A model generated the notes under the pieces. That model did no database searches, was not told the DNA's origin, and saw nothing but the letters and a program-made list of their open reading frames with translations. Of a DNA stretch of 64,000 bases, positions 10,401 through 23,300 are shown in pieces. This stretch comes from the human T2T-CHM13v2.0 reference genome, Homo sapiens. The translations under genes were made by a program, and so were the position numbers. The stretch is taken from NCBI RefSeq assembly GCF_009914755.1, contig NC_060937.1. One strand, given 5' to 3'. How positions within the stretch are numbered: the stretch's first letter is position 1; the number at the start of each line of letters is the position of its first letter.

Positions 10401-13400
10401 ATCTCTATGAGTCGAATGGAAATATCCGAAAGAAATTTCTGGGAATGCTGCTGTCTAGTTTTTATACGAATTCCCGCTTCCAACGAAATCCTCAAAGCAA
10501 TCCAAATATCCACTTGCAGAATCCACAAAAAGAGTGTTTCAAAACTGCTCTATCAATAGAAAGGTTCAACTCTTTTAGTTGAGTACACACATCACAAACA
10601 AGTTTCTGAGAATGCTTCTGTCTGGCTTTTATTGGAAGACGTTTCCTTTTCACCAAAGGCATCAAAGCGCTCCAAATGTCCACTTCCAGATTCTTCCAAA
10701 AGAGTGTTTGAAACGTGCTCAAAGTAAGGGAATGTTCAACTCTGTGACTTGAATGCAGATATCACCAAGTAGTTTCTAATAGTGCTTCTGTCTAGATTTT
10801 AGATGATGATATTCCCGTTTCCAACGAAATCGTTAGAGCTATCCAAATATCCACTTACAGTTTCTACAAAAAGAGTGTTTCCAAACTGCTGCATCAAAAG
10901 AAAGGTTCAACTCTGTTAGTTGAGGACACACATCACAAAGAAGTTTGTGAGAATGCTTCTGTCTAGATTTTGTATGACCATATTCCCTTTTCCAGCGATA
11001 TCATTAAAGCAATCTAAATATCCATTTGCAGAATCCACAAAAATAGAGTTTCAAAGCTGCTCTGTAAAAAGAAAGGTTCCACTCTGTTAGCTGAGTACAC
11101 ACATCACAAACTTGTTTCTCAGAATCCTTCTGTCTCGTTTTTATGGGAAGATATTTACTTTTTCACCGTAGGCATCAAAGCGCTCCAAATGTCCACATCC
11201 AGATACTCCAGAAAGAGTGTTTCAAACCTGCTCTATGAAAGGGAATCTTCAACTCTATGAGTTGAATGCAGACATCAGAAAGAAATTTCTGAGAATGCTG
11301 CTGTCTACCTTTTATTTGAACTCCCGCTTCCAACGAAATCCTCCAAGCTATCCAAATATCCACTTGCATTTTCCACAAAAAGAGTGCTTCAAAACTGCTC
11401 TATCAATAAATGTTCAACTCCTTTAGCTGGGTGCACACATCACAAACAAGTTTCTGAGAATGCTTCTGTCTAGTTTTTATGGGAAGACATTCCCTTTTTC
11501 ACCAAAGGCATCAAAGCGCTCCAAATGTCCACTTCCAGACACTACAAAAAGAGTGTTTCCAACGTGCTCTAAGAAAGCGAATGTTCAACTCTGTGACTTG
11601 AATGCAGATATCACAAAGTAGTTTCTGAGAGGGCTTCTGTCTAGATTTTAGATGATGATATTCCCGTTTCCAACGAAATCATTAGAGCTATCCAAATATC
11701 CACTTACGGTTTCTACAAAAAGAGTGTTTCCAAACTGCTGCATCAAAAGAGAGGTTCCACTCTGTTAGCTGAGTACACACATCACAAACTTGTTTCTGAG
11801 AATCCTTCTGTGTCGTTTTTATGGGAAGATATTTACTTTTTCACCGTAGGCATCAAAGCGCTCCAAATGTCCACATCCAGATACTCCAGAAAGAGTGTTT
11901 CAAACCTGCTCTATGAAAGGGAATCTTCAACTCTATGAGTTGAATGCAGACATCAGAAAGAAATTTCTGAGAATGCTGCTGTCTACCTTTTATTTGAATT
12001 CCCGCTTCCAACGAAATCCTCCAAGCTATCCAAATATCCACTTGCAGATTCCACAAAAAGAGTGTTTCAAAACTGCTCTCTATCAATGGCAAAGTTCAAC
12101 TCTGTTAGTTGAGGACACATATCACCAACAAGTTTCTGAGAATGCTTCTGTCTATTTTTTATGGGAAGATATTTCCTTTTTCACCGTAGGCGTCAAGGCG
12201 ATCGAAATGTCCACTTCCACAAACTACAAAAAGAGTGTTTCAAACCTGCTCTATGAAAGGCCATGTTCATCTCTATGAGTCGAATGGAAATATCCGAAAG
12301 AAATTTCTGGGAATGCTGCTGTCTAGTTTTTATACGAATTCCCGCTTCCAACGAAATCCTCAAAGCAATCCAAATATCCACTTGCAGAATCCACAAAAAG
12401 AGTGTTTCAAAACTGCTCTATCAATAGAAAGGTTCAACTCTTTTAGTTGAGTACACACATCACAAACAAGTTTCTGAGAATGCTTCTGTCTGGCTTTTAT
12501 TGGAAGACGTTTCCTTTTCACCAAAGGCATCAAAGCGCTCCAAATGTCCACTTCCAGATTCTTCCAAAAGAGTGTTTGAAACGTGCTCAAAGTAAGGGAA
12601 TGTTCAACTCTGTGACTTGAATGCAGATATCACCAAGTAGTTTCTAATAGTGCTTCTGTCTAGATTTTAGATGATGATATTCCCGTTTCCAACGAAATCG
12701 TTAGAGCTATCCAAATATCCACTTACAGTTGCTACAAAAAGAGTGTTTCCAAACTGCTGCATCAAAAGAAAGGTTCAACTCTGTTAGTTGAGGACACACA
12801 TCACAAAGAAGTTTGTGAGAATGCTTCTGTCTAGATTTTGTATGACGATATTCCCTTTTCCAACGATATCGTTAAAGCAATCTAAATATCCATTTGCAGA
12901 ATCCACAAAAATAGAGTTTCAAAGCTGCTCTGTAAAAAGAAAGGTTCCACTCTGTTAGCTGAGTACACACATCACAAACTTGTTTCTCAGAATCCTTCTG
13001 TCTCGTTTTTCTGGGAAGATATTTACTTTTTCACCGTAGGCATCAAAGCGCTCCAAATGTCCACATCCAGATACTCCAGAAAGAGTGTTTCAAACCTGCT
13101 CTATGAAAGGGAATCTTCAACTCTATGAGTTGAATGCAGACATCAGAAAGAAATTTCTGAGAATGCTGCTGTCTACCTTTTATTTGAATTCCCGCTTCCA
13201 ACGAAATCCTCCAAGCTATCCAAATATCCACTTGCAGATTCCACAAAAAGAGTGTTTCAAAACTGCTCTCTATCAATGGCAAAGTTCAACTCTGTTAGTT
13301 GAGGACACATATCACCAACAAGTTTCTGAGAATGCTTCTGTCTATTTTTTATGGGAAGATATTTCCTTTTTCACCGTAGGCGTCAAGGCGATCGAAATGT

Positions 13401-16400
13401 CCACTTCCACAAACTACAAAAAGAGTGTTTCAAACCTGCTCTATGAAAGGCCATGTTCATCTCTATGAGTCGAATGGAAATATCCGAAAGAAATTTCTGG
13501 GAATGCTGCTGTCTAGTTTTTATACGAATTCCCGCTTCCAACGAAATCCTCAAAGCAATCCAAATATCCACTTGCAGAATCCACAAAAAGAGTGTTTCAA
13601 AACTGCTCTATCAATAGAAAGGTTCAACTCTTTTAGTTGAGTACACACATCACAAACAAGTTTCTGAGAATGCTTCTGTCTGGCTTTTATTGGAAGACGT
13701 TTCCTTTTCACCAAAGGCATCAAAGCGCTCCAAATGTCCACTTCCAGATTCTTCCAAAAGAGTGTTTGAAACGTGCTCAAAGTAAGGGAATGTTCAACTC
13801 TGTGACTTGAATGCAGATATCACCAAGTAGTTTCTAATAGTGCTTCTGTCTAGATTTTAGATGATGATATTCCCGTTTCCAACGAAATCGTTAGAGCTAT
13901 CCAAATATCCACTTACAGTTTCTACAAAAAGAGTGTTTCCAAACTGCTGCATCAAAAGAAAGGTTCAACTCTGTTAGTTGAGGACACACATCACAAAGAA
14001 GTTTGTGAGAATGCTTCTGTCTAGATTTTGTATGACCATATTCCCTTTTCCAGCGATATCATTAAAGCAATCTAAATATCCATTTGCAGAATCCACAAAA
14101 ATAGAGTTTCAAAGCTGCTCTGTAAAAAGAAAGGTTCCACTCTGTTAGCTGAGTACACACATCACAAACTTGTTTCTCAGAATCCTTCTGTCTCGTTTTT
14201 ATGGGAAGATATTTACTTTTTCACCGTAGGCATCAAAGCGCTCCAAATGTCCACATCCAGATACTCCAGAAAGAGTGTTTCAAACCTGCTCTATGAAAGG
14301 GAATCTTCAACTCTATGAGTTGAATGCAGACATCAGAAAGAAATTTCTGAGAATGCTGCTGTCTACCTTTTATTTGAATTCCCGCTTCCAACGAAATCCT
14401 CCAAGCTATCCAAATATCCACCTGCATTTTCCACAAAAAGAGCGTTTCAAAACTGCTCTATCAATAGAAATGTTCAACTCCTTTGGCTGGGTACACACAT
14501 CACAAACAAGTTTCTGAGAATGCTTCTGTCTAGTTTTTATGGGAAGACATTCCCTTTTTCACCAAAGGCATCAAAGCGCTCCAAATGTCCACTTCCAGAC
14601 ACTACAAAAAGAGTGTTTCCAACGTGCTCTAAGAAAGCGAATGTTCAACTCTGTGACTTGAATGCAGATATCACAAAGTAGTTTCTGAGAGGGCTTCTGT
14701 CTAGATTTTAGATGATGATATTCCCGTTTCCAACGAAATCATTAGAGCTATCCAAATATCCACTTACAGTTTCTACAAAAAGAGTGTTTCCAAACTGCTG
14801 CATCAAAAGAGAGGTTCCACTCTGTTAGCTGAGTACACACATCACAAACTTGTTTCTCAGAATCCTTCTGTCTCGTTTTTCTGGGAAGATATTTACTTTT
14901 TCACCGTAGGCATCAAAGCGCTCCAAATGTCCACATCCAGATACTCCAGAAAGAGTGTTTCAAACCTGCTCTATGAAAGGGAATCTTCAACTCTATGAGT
15001 TGAATGCAGACATCAGAAAGAAATTTCTGAGAATGCTGCTGTCTACCTTTTATTTGAATTCCCGCTTCCAACGAAATCCTCCAAGCTATCCAAATATCCA
15101 CTTGCAGATTCCACAAAAAGAGTGTTTCAAAACTGCTCTCTATCAATGGCAAAGTTCAACTCTGTTAGTTGAGGACACATATCACCAACAAGTTTCTGAG
15201 AATGCTTCTGTCTATTTTTTATGGGAAGATATTTCCTTTTTCACCGTAGGCGTCAAGGCGATCGAAATGTCCACTTCCACAAACTACAAAAAGAGTGTTT
15301 CAAACCTGCTCTATGAAAGGCCATGTTCATCTCTATGAGTCGAATGGAAATATCCGAAAGAAATTTCTGGGAATGCTGCTGTCTAGTTTTTATACGAATT
15401 CCCGCTTCCAACGAAATCCTCAAAGCAATCCAAATATCCACTTGCAGAATCCACAAAAAGAGTGTTTCAAAACTGCTCTATCAATAGAAAGGTTCAACTC
15501 TTTTAGTTGAGTACACACATCACAAACAAGTTTCTGAGAATGCTTCTGTCTGGCTTTTATTGGAAGACGTTTCCTTTTCACCAAAGGCATCAAAGCGCTC
15601 CAAATGTCCACTTCCAGATTCTTCCAAAAGAGTGTTTGAAACGTGCTCAAAGTAAGGGAATGTTCAACTCTGTGACTTGAATGCAGATATCACCAAGTAG
15701 TTTCTAATAGTGCTTCTGTCTAGATTTTAGATGATGATATTCCCGTTTCCAACGAAATCGTTAGAGCTATCCAAATATCCACTTACAGTTTCTACAAAAA
15801 GAGTGTTTCCAAACTGCTGCATCAAAAGAAAGGTTCAACTCTGTTAGTTGAGGACACACATCACAAAGAAGTTTGTGAGAATGCTTCTGTCTAGATTTTG
15901 TATGACCATATTCCCTTTTCCAGCGATATCATTAAAGCAATCTAAATATCCATTTGCAGAATCCACAAAAATAGAGTTTCAAAGCTGCTCTGTAAAAAGA
16001 AAGGTTCCACTCTGTTAGCTGAGTACACACATCACAAACTTGTTTCTCAGAATCCTTCTGTCTCGTTTTTCTGGGAAGATATTTACTTTTTCACCGTAGG
16101 CATCAAAGCGCTCCAAATGTCCACATCCAGATACTCCAGAAAGAGTGTTTCAAACCTGCTCTATGAAAGGGAATCTTCAACTCTATGAGTTGAATGCAGA
16201 CATCAGAAAGAAATTTCTGAGAATGCTGCTGTCTACCTTTTATTTGAATTCCCGCTTCCAACGAAATCCTCCAAGCTATCCAAATATCCACCTGCATTTT
16301 CCACAAAAAGAGCGTTTCAAAACTGCTCTATCAATAGAAATGTTCAACTCCTTTGGCTGGGTACACACATCACAAACAAGTTTCTGAGAATGCTTCTGTC

Positions 16401-17336
16401 TAGTTTTTATGGGAAGACATTCCCTTTTTCACCAAAGGCATCAAAGCGCTCCAAATGTCCACTTCCAGACACTACAAAAAGAGTGTTTCCAACGTGCTCT
16501 AAGAAAGCGAATGTTCAACTCTGTGACTTGAATGCAGATATCACAAAGTAGTTTCTGAGAGGGCTTCTGTCTAGATTTTAGATGATGATATTCCCGTTTC
16601 CAACGAAATCATTAGAGCTATCCAAATATCCACTTACAGTTTCTACAAAAAGAGTGTTTCCAAACTGCTGCATCAAAAGAGAGGTTCCACTCTGTTAGCT
16701 GAGTACACACATCACAAACTTGTTTCTCAGAATCCTTCTGTCTCGTTTTTCTGGGAAGATATTTACTTTTTCACCGTAGGCATCAAAGCGCTCCAAATGT
16801 CCACATCCAGATACTCCAGAAAGAGTGTTTCAAACCTGCTCTATGAAAGGGAATCTTCAACTCTATGAGTTGAATGCAGACATCAGAAAGAAATTTCTGA
16901 GAATGCTGCTGTCTACCTTTTATTTGAATTCCCGCTTCCAACGAAATCCTCCAAGCTATCCAAATATCCACTTGCAGATTCCACAAAAAGAGTGTTTCAA
17001 AACTGCTCTCTATCAATGGCAAAGTTCAACTCTGTTAGTTGAGGACACATATCACCAACAAGTTTCTGAGAATGCTTCTGTCTATTTTTTATGGGAAGAT
17101 ATTTCCTTTTTCACCGTAGGCGTCAAGGCGATCGAAATGTCCACTTCCACAAACTACAAAAAGAGTGTTTCAAACCTGCTCTATGAAAGGCCATGTTCAT
17201 CTCTATGAGTCGAATGGAAATATCCGAAAGAAATTTCTGGGAATGCTGCTGTCTAGTTTTTATACGAATTCCCGCTTCCAACGAAATCCTCAAAGCAATC
17301 CAAATATCCACTTGCAGAATCCACAAAAAGAGTGTT
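7479..17336 (-). repeat. Mixed HORs: U5 S (7479-8668), U6 A (8669-10538), U7 B (10539-12406), U8 S (12407-13596), U9 A (13597-15466), U10 A (15467-17336)
   Basis: Unit lengths are 1190, 1870, 1868, 1190, 1870 and 1870. Confidence 0.95.
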
Positions 17337-20300
17337 TCAAAACTGCTCTATCAATAGAAAGGTTCAACTCTTTTAGTTGAGTACACACATCACAAACAAG
17401 TTTCTGAGAATGCTTCTGTCTGGCTTTTATTGGAAGACGTTTCCTTTTCACCAAAGGCATCAAAGCGCTCCAAATGTCCACTTCCAGATTCTTCCAAAAG
17501 AGTGTTTGAAACGTGCTCAAAGTAAGGGAATGTTCAACTCTGTGACTTGAATGCAGATATCACCAAGTAGTTTCTAATAGTGCTTCTGTCTAGATTTTAG
17601 ATGATGATATTCCCGTTTCCAACGAAATCGTTAGAGCTATCCAAATATCCACTTACAGTTGCTACAAAAACAGTGTTTCCAAACTGCTGCATCAAAAGAA
17701 AGGTTCAACTCTGTTAGTTGAGGACACACGTCACAAAGAAGTTTGTGAGAATGCTTCTGTCTAGATTTTGTATGACGATATTCCCTTTTCCAACGATATC
17801 ATTAAAGCAATCTAAATATCCATTTGCAGAATCCACAAAAATAGAGTTTCAAAGCTGCTCTGTAAAAAGAAAGGTTCCACTCTGTTAGCTGAGTACACAC
17901 ATCACAAACTTGTTTCTCAGAATCCTTCTGTCTCGTTTTTCTGGGAAGATATTTACTTTTTCACCGTAGGCATCAAAGCGCTCCAAATGTCCACATCCAG
18001 ATACTCCAGAAAGAGTGTTTCAAACCTGCTCTATGAAAGGGAATCTTCAACTCTATGAGTTGAATGCAGACATCAGAAAGAAATTTCTGAGAATGCTGCT
18101 GTCTACCTTTTATTTGAATTCCCGCTTCCAACGAAATCCTCCAAGCTATCCAAATATCCACTTGCAGATTCCACAAAAAGAGTGTTTCAAAACTGCTCTC
18201 TATCAATGGCAAAGTTCAACTCTGTTAGTTGAGGACACATATCACCAACAAGTTTCTGAGAATGCTTCTGTCTATTTTTTATGGGAAGATATTTCCTTTT
18301 TCACCGTAGGCGTCAAGGCGATCGAAATGTCCACTTCCACAAACTACAAAAAGAGTGTTTCAAACCTGCTCTATGAAAGGCCATGTTCATCTCTATGAGT
18401 CGAATGGAAATATCCGAAAGAAATTTCTGGGAATGCTGCTGTCTAGTTTTTATACGAATTCCCGCTTCCAACGAAATCCTCAAAGCAATCCAAATATCCA
18501 CTTGCAGAATCCACAAAAAGAGTGTTTCAAAACTGCTCTATCAATAGAAAGGTTCAACTCTTTTAGTTGAGTACACACATCACAAACAAGTTTCTGAGAA
18601 TGCTTCTGTCTGGCTTTTATTGGAAGACGTTTCCTTTTCACCAAAGGCATCAAAGCGCTCCAAATGTCCACTTCCAGATTCTTCCAAAAGAGTGTTTGAA
18701 ACGTGCTCAAAGTAAGGGAATGTTCAACTCTGTGACTTGAATGCAGATATCACCAAGTAGTTTCTAATAGTGCTTCTGTCTAGATTTTAGATGATGATAT
18801 TCCCGTTTCCAACGAAATCGTTAGAGCTATCCAAATATCCACTTACAGTTGCTACAAAAACAGTGTTTCCAAACTGCTGCATCAAAAGAAAGGTTCAACT
18901 CTGTTAGTTGAGGACACACGTCACAAAGAAGTTTGTGAGAATGCTTCTGTCTAGATTTTGTATGACGATATTCCCTTTTCCAACGATATCATTAAAGCAA
19001 TCTAAATATCCATTTGCAGAATCCACAAAAATAGAGTTTCAAAGCTGCTCTGTAAAAAGAAAGGTTCCACTCTGTTAGCTGAGTACACACATCACAAACT
19101 TGTTTCTCAGAATCCTTCTGTCTCGTTTTTCTGGGAAGATATTTACTTTTTCACCGTAGGCATCAAAGCGCTCCAAATGTCCACATCCAGATACTCCAGA
19201 AAGAGTGTTTCAAACCTGCTCTATGAAAGGGAATCTTCAACTCTATGAGTTGAATGCAGACATCAGAAAGAAATTTCTGAGAATGCTGCTGTCTACCTTT
19301 TATTTGAATTCCCGCTTCCAACGAAATCCTCCAAGCTATCCAAATATCCACTTGCAGATTCCACAAAAAGAGTGTTTCAAAACTGCTCTCTATCAATGGC
19401 AAAGTTCAACTCTGTTAGTTGAGGACACATATCACCAACAAGTTTCTGAGAATGCTTCTGTCTATTTTTTATGGGAAGATATTTCCTTTTTCACCGTAGG
19501 CGTCAAGGCGATCGAAATGTCCACTTCCACAAACTACAAAAAGAGTGTTTCAAACCTGCTCTATGAAAGGCCATGTTCATCTCTATGAGTCGAATGGAAA
19601 TATCCGAAAGAAATTTCTGGGAATGCTGCTGTCTAGTTTTTATACGAATTCCCGCTTCCAACGAAATCCTCAAAGCAATCCAAATATCCACTTGCAGAAT
19701 CCACAAAAAGAGTGTTTCAAAACTGCTCTATCAATAGAAAGGTTCAACTCTTTTAGTTGAGTACACACATCACAAACAAGTTTCTGAGAATGCTTCTGTC
19801 TGGCTTTTATTGGAAGACGTTTCCTTTTCACCAAAGGCATCAAAGCGCTCCAAATGTCCACTTCCAGATTCTTCCAAAAGAGTGTTTGAAACGTGCTCAA
19901 AGTAAGGGAATGTTCAACTCTGTGACTTGAATGCAGATATCACCAAGTAGTTTCTAATAGTGCTTCTGTCTAGATTTTAGATGATGATATTCCCGTTTCC
20001 AACGAAATCGTTAGAGCTATCCAAATATCCACTTACAGTTGCTACAAAAACAGTGTTTCCAAACTGCTGCATCAAAAGAAAGGTTCAACTCTGTTAGTTG
20101 AGGACACACGTCACAAAGAAGTTTGTGAGAATGCTTCTGTCTAGATTTTGTATGACGATATTCCCTTTTCCAACGATATCGTTAAAGCAATCTAAATATC
20201 CATTTGCAGAATCCACAAAAATAGAGTTTCAAAGCTGCTCTGTAAAAAGAAAGGTTCCACTCTGTTAGCTGAGTACACACATCACAAACTTGTTTCTCAG

Positions 20301-23300
20301 AATCCTTCTGTCTCGTTTTTCTGGGAAGATATTTACTTTTTCACCGTAGGCATCAAAGCGCTCCAAATGTCCACATCCAGATACTCCAGAAAGAGTGTTT
20401 CAAACCTGCTCTATGAAAGGGAATCTTCAACTCTATGAGTTGAATGCAGACATCAGAAAGAAATTTCTGAGAATGCTGCTGTCTACCTTTTATTTGAATT
20501 CCCGCTTCCAACGAAATCCTCCAAGCTATCCAAATATCCACTTGCAGATTCCACAAAAAGAGTGTTTCAAAACTGCTCTCTATCAATGGCAAAGTTCAAC
20601 TCTGTTAGTTGAGGACACATATCACCAACAAGTTTCTGAGAATGCTTCTGTCTATTTTTTATGGGAAGATATTTCCTTTTTCACCGTAGGCGTCAAGGCG
20701 ATCGAAATGTCCACTTCCACAAACTACAAAAAGAGTGTTTCAAACCTGCTCTATGAAAGGCCATGTTCATCTCTATGAGTCGAATGGAAATATCCGAAAG
20801 AAATTTCTGGGAATGCTGCTGTCTAGTTTTTATACGAATTCCCGCTTCCAACGAAATCCTCAAAGCAATCCAAATATCCACTTGCAGAATCCACAAAAAG
20901 AGTGTTTCAAAACTGCTCTATCAATAGAAAGGTTCAACTCTTTTAGTTGAGTACACACATCACAAACAAGTTTCTGAGAATGCTTCTGTCTGGCTTTTAT
21001 TGGAAGACGTTTCCTTTTCACCAAAGGCATCAAAGCGCTCCAAATGTCCACTTCCAGATTCTTCCAAAAGAGTGTTTGAAACGTGCTCAAAGTAAGGGAA
21101 TGTTCAACTCTGTGACTTGAATGCAGATATCACCAAGTAGTTTCTAATAGTGCTTCTGTCTAGATTTTAGATGATGATATTCCCGTTTCCAACGAAATCG
21201 TTAGAGCTATCCAAATATCCACTTACAGTTGCTACAAAAACAGTGTTTCCAAACTGCTGCATCAAAAGAAAGGTTCAACTCTGTTAGTTGAGGACACACG
21301 TCACAAAGAAGTTTGTGAGAATGCTTCTGTCTAGATTTTGTATGACGATATTCCCTTTTCCAACGATATCGTTAAAGCAATCTAAATATCCATTTGCAGA
21401 ATCCACAAAAATAGAGTTTCAAAGCTGCTCTGTAAAAAGAAAGGTTCCACTCTGTTAGCTGAGTACACACATCACAAACTTGTTTCTCAGAATCCTTCTG
21501 TCTCGTTTTTCTGGGAAGATATTTACTTTTTCACCGTAGGCATCAAAGCGCTCCAAATGTCCACATCCAGATACTCCAGAAAGAGTGTTTCAAACCTGCT
21601 CTATGAAAGGGAATCTTCAACTCTATGAGTTGAATGCAGACATCAGAAAGAAATTTCTGAGAATGCTGCTGTCTACCTTTTATTTGAATTCCCGCTTCCA
21701 ACGAAATCCTCCAAGCTATCCAAATATCCACTTGCAGATTCCACAAAAAGAGTGTTTCAAAACTGCTCTCTATCAATGGCAAAGTTCAACTCTGTTAGTT
21801 GAGGACACATATCACCAACAAGTTTCTGAGAATGCTTCTGTCTATTTTTTATGGGAAGATATTTCCTTTTTCACCGTAGGCGTCAAGGCGATCGAAATGT
21901 CCACTTCCACAAACTACAAAAAGAGTGTTTCAAACCTGCTCTATGAAAGGCCATGTTCATCTCTATGAGTCGAATGGAAATATCCGAAAGAAATTTCTGG
22001 GAATGCTGCTGTCTAGTTTTTATACGAATTCCCGCTTCCAACGAAATCCTCAAAGCAATCCAAATATCCACTTGCAGAATCCACAAAAAGAGTGTTTCAA
22101 AACTGCTCTATCAATAGAAAGGTTCAACTCTTTTAGTTGAGTACACACATCACAAACAAGTTTCTGAGAATGCTTCTGTCTGGCTTTTATTGGAAGACGT
22201 TTCCTTTTCACCAAAGGCATCAAAGCGCTCCAAATGTCCACTTCCAGATTCTTCCAAAAGAGTGTTTGAAACGTGCTCAAAGTAAGGGAATGTTCAACTC
22301 TGTGACTTGAATGCAGATATCACCAAGTAGTTTCTAATAGTGCTTCTGTCTAGATTTTAGATGATGATATTCCCGTTTCCAACGAAATCGTTAGAGCTAT
22401 CCAAATATCCACTTACAGTTGCTACAAAAACAGTGTTTCCAAACTGCTGCATCAAAAGAAAGGTTCAACTCTGTTAGTTGAGGACACACGTCACAAAGAA
22501 GTTTGTGAGAATGCTTCTGTCTAGATTTTGTATGACGATATTCCCTTTTCCAACGATATCATTAAAGCAATCTAAATATCCATTTGCAGAATCCACAAAA
22601 ATAGAGTTTCAAAGCTGCTCTGTAAAAAGAAAGGTTCCACTCTGTTAGCTGAGTACACACATCACAAACTTGTTTCTCAGAATCCTTCTGTCTCGTTTTT
22701 CTGGGAAGATATTTACTTTTTCACCGTAGGCATCAAAGCGCTCCAAATGTCCACATCCAGATACTCCAGAAAGAGTGTTTCAAACCTGCTCTATGAAAGG
22801 GAATCTTCAACTCTATGAGTTGAATGCAGACATCAGAAAGAAATTTCTGAGAATGCTGCTGTCTACCTTTTATTTGAATTCCCGCTTCCAACGAAATCCT
22901 CCAAGCTATCCAAATATCCACTTGCAGATTCCACAAAAAGAGTGTTTCAAAACTGCTCTCTATCAATGGCAAAGTTCAACTCTGTTAGTTGAGGACACAT
23001 ATCACCAACAAGTTTCTGAGAATGCTTCTGTCTATTTTTTATGGGAAGATATTTCCTTTTTCACCGTAGGCGTCAAGGCGATCGAAATGTCCACTTCCAC
23101 AAACTACAAAAAGAGTGTTTCAAACCTGCTCTATGAAAGGCCATGTTCATCTCTATGAGTCGAATGGAAATATCCGAAAGAAATTTCTGGGAATGCTGCT
23201 GTCTAGTTTTTATACGAATTCCCGCTTCCAACGAAATCCTCAAAGCAATCCAAATATCCACTTGCAGAATCCACAAAAAGAGTGTTTCAAAACTGCTCTA

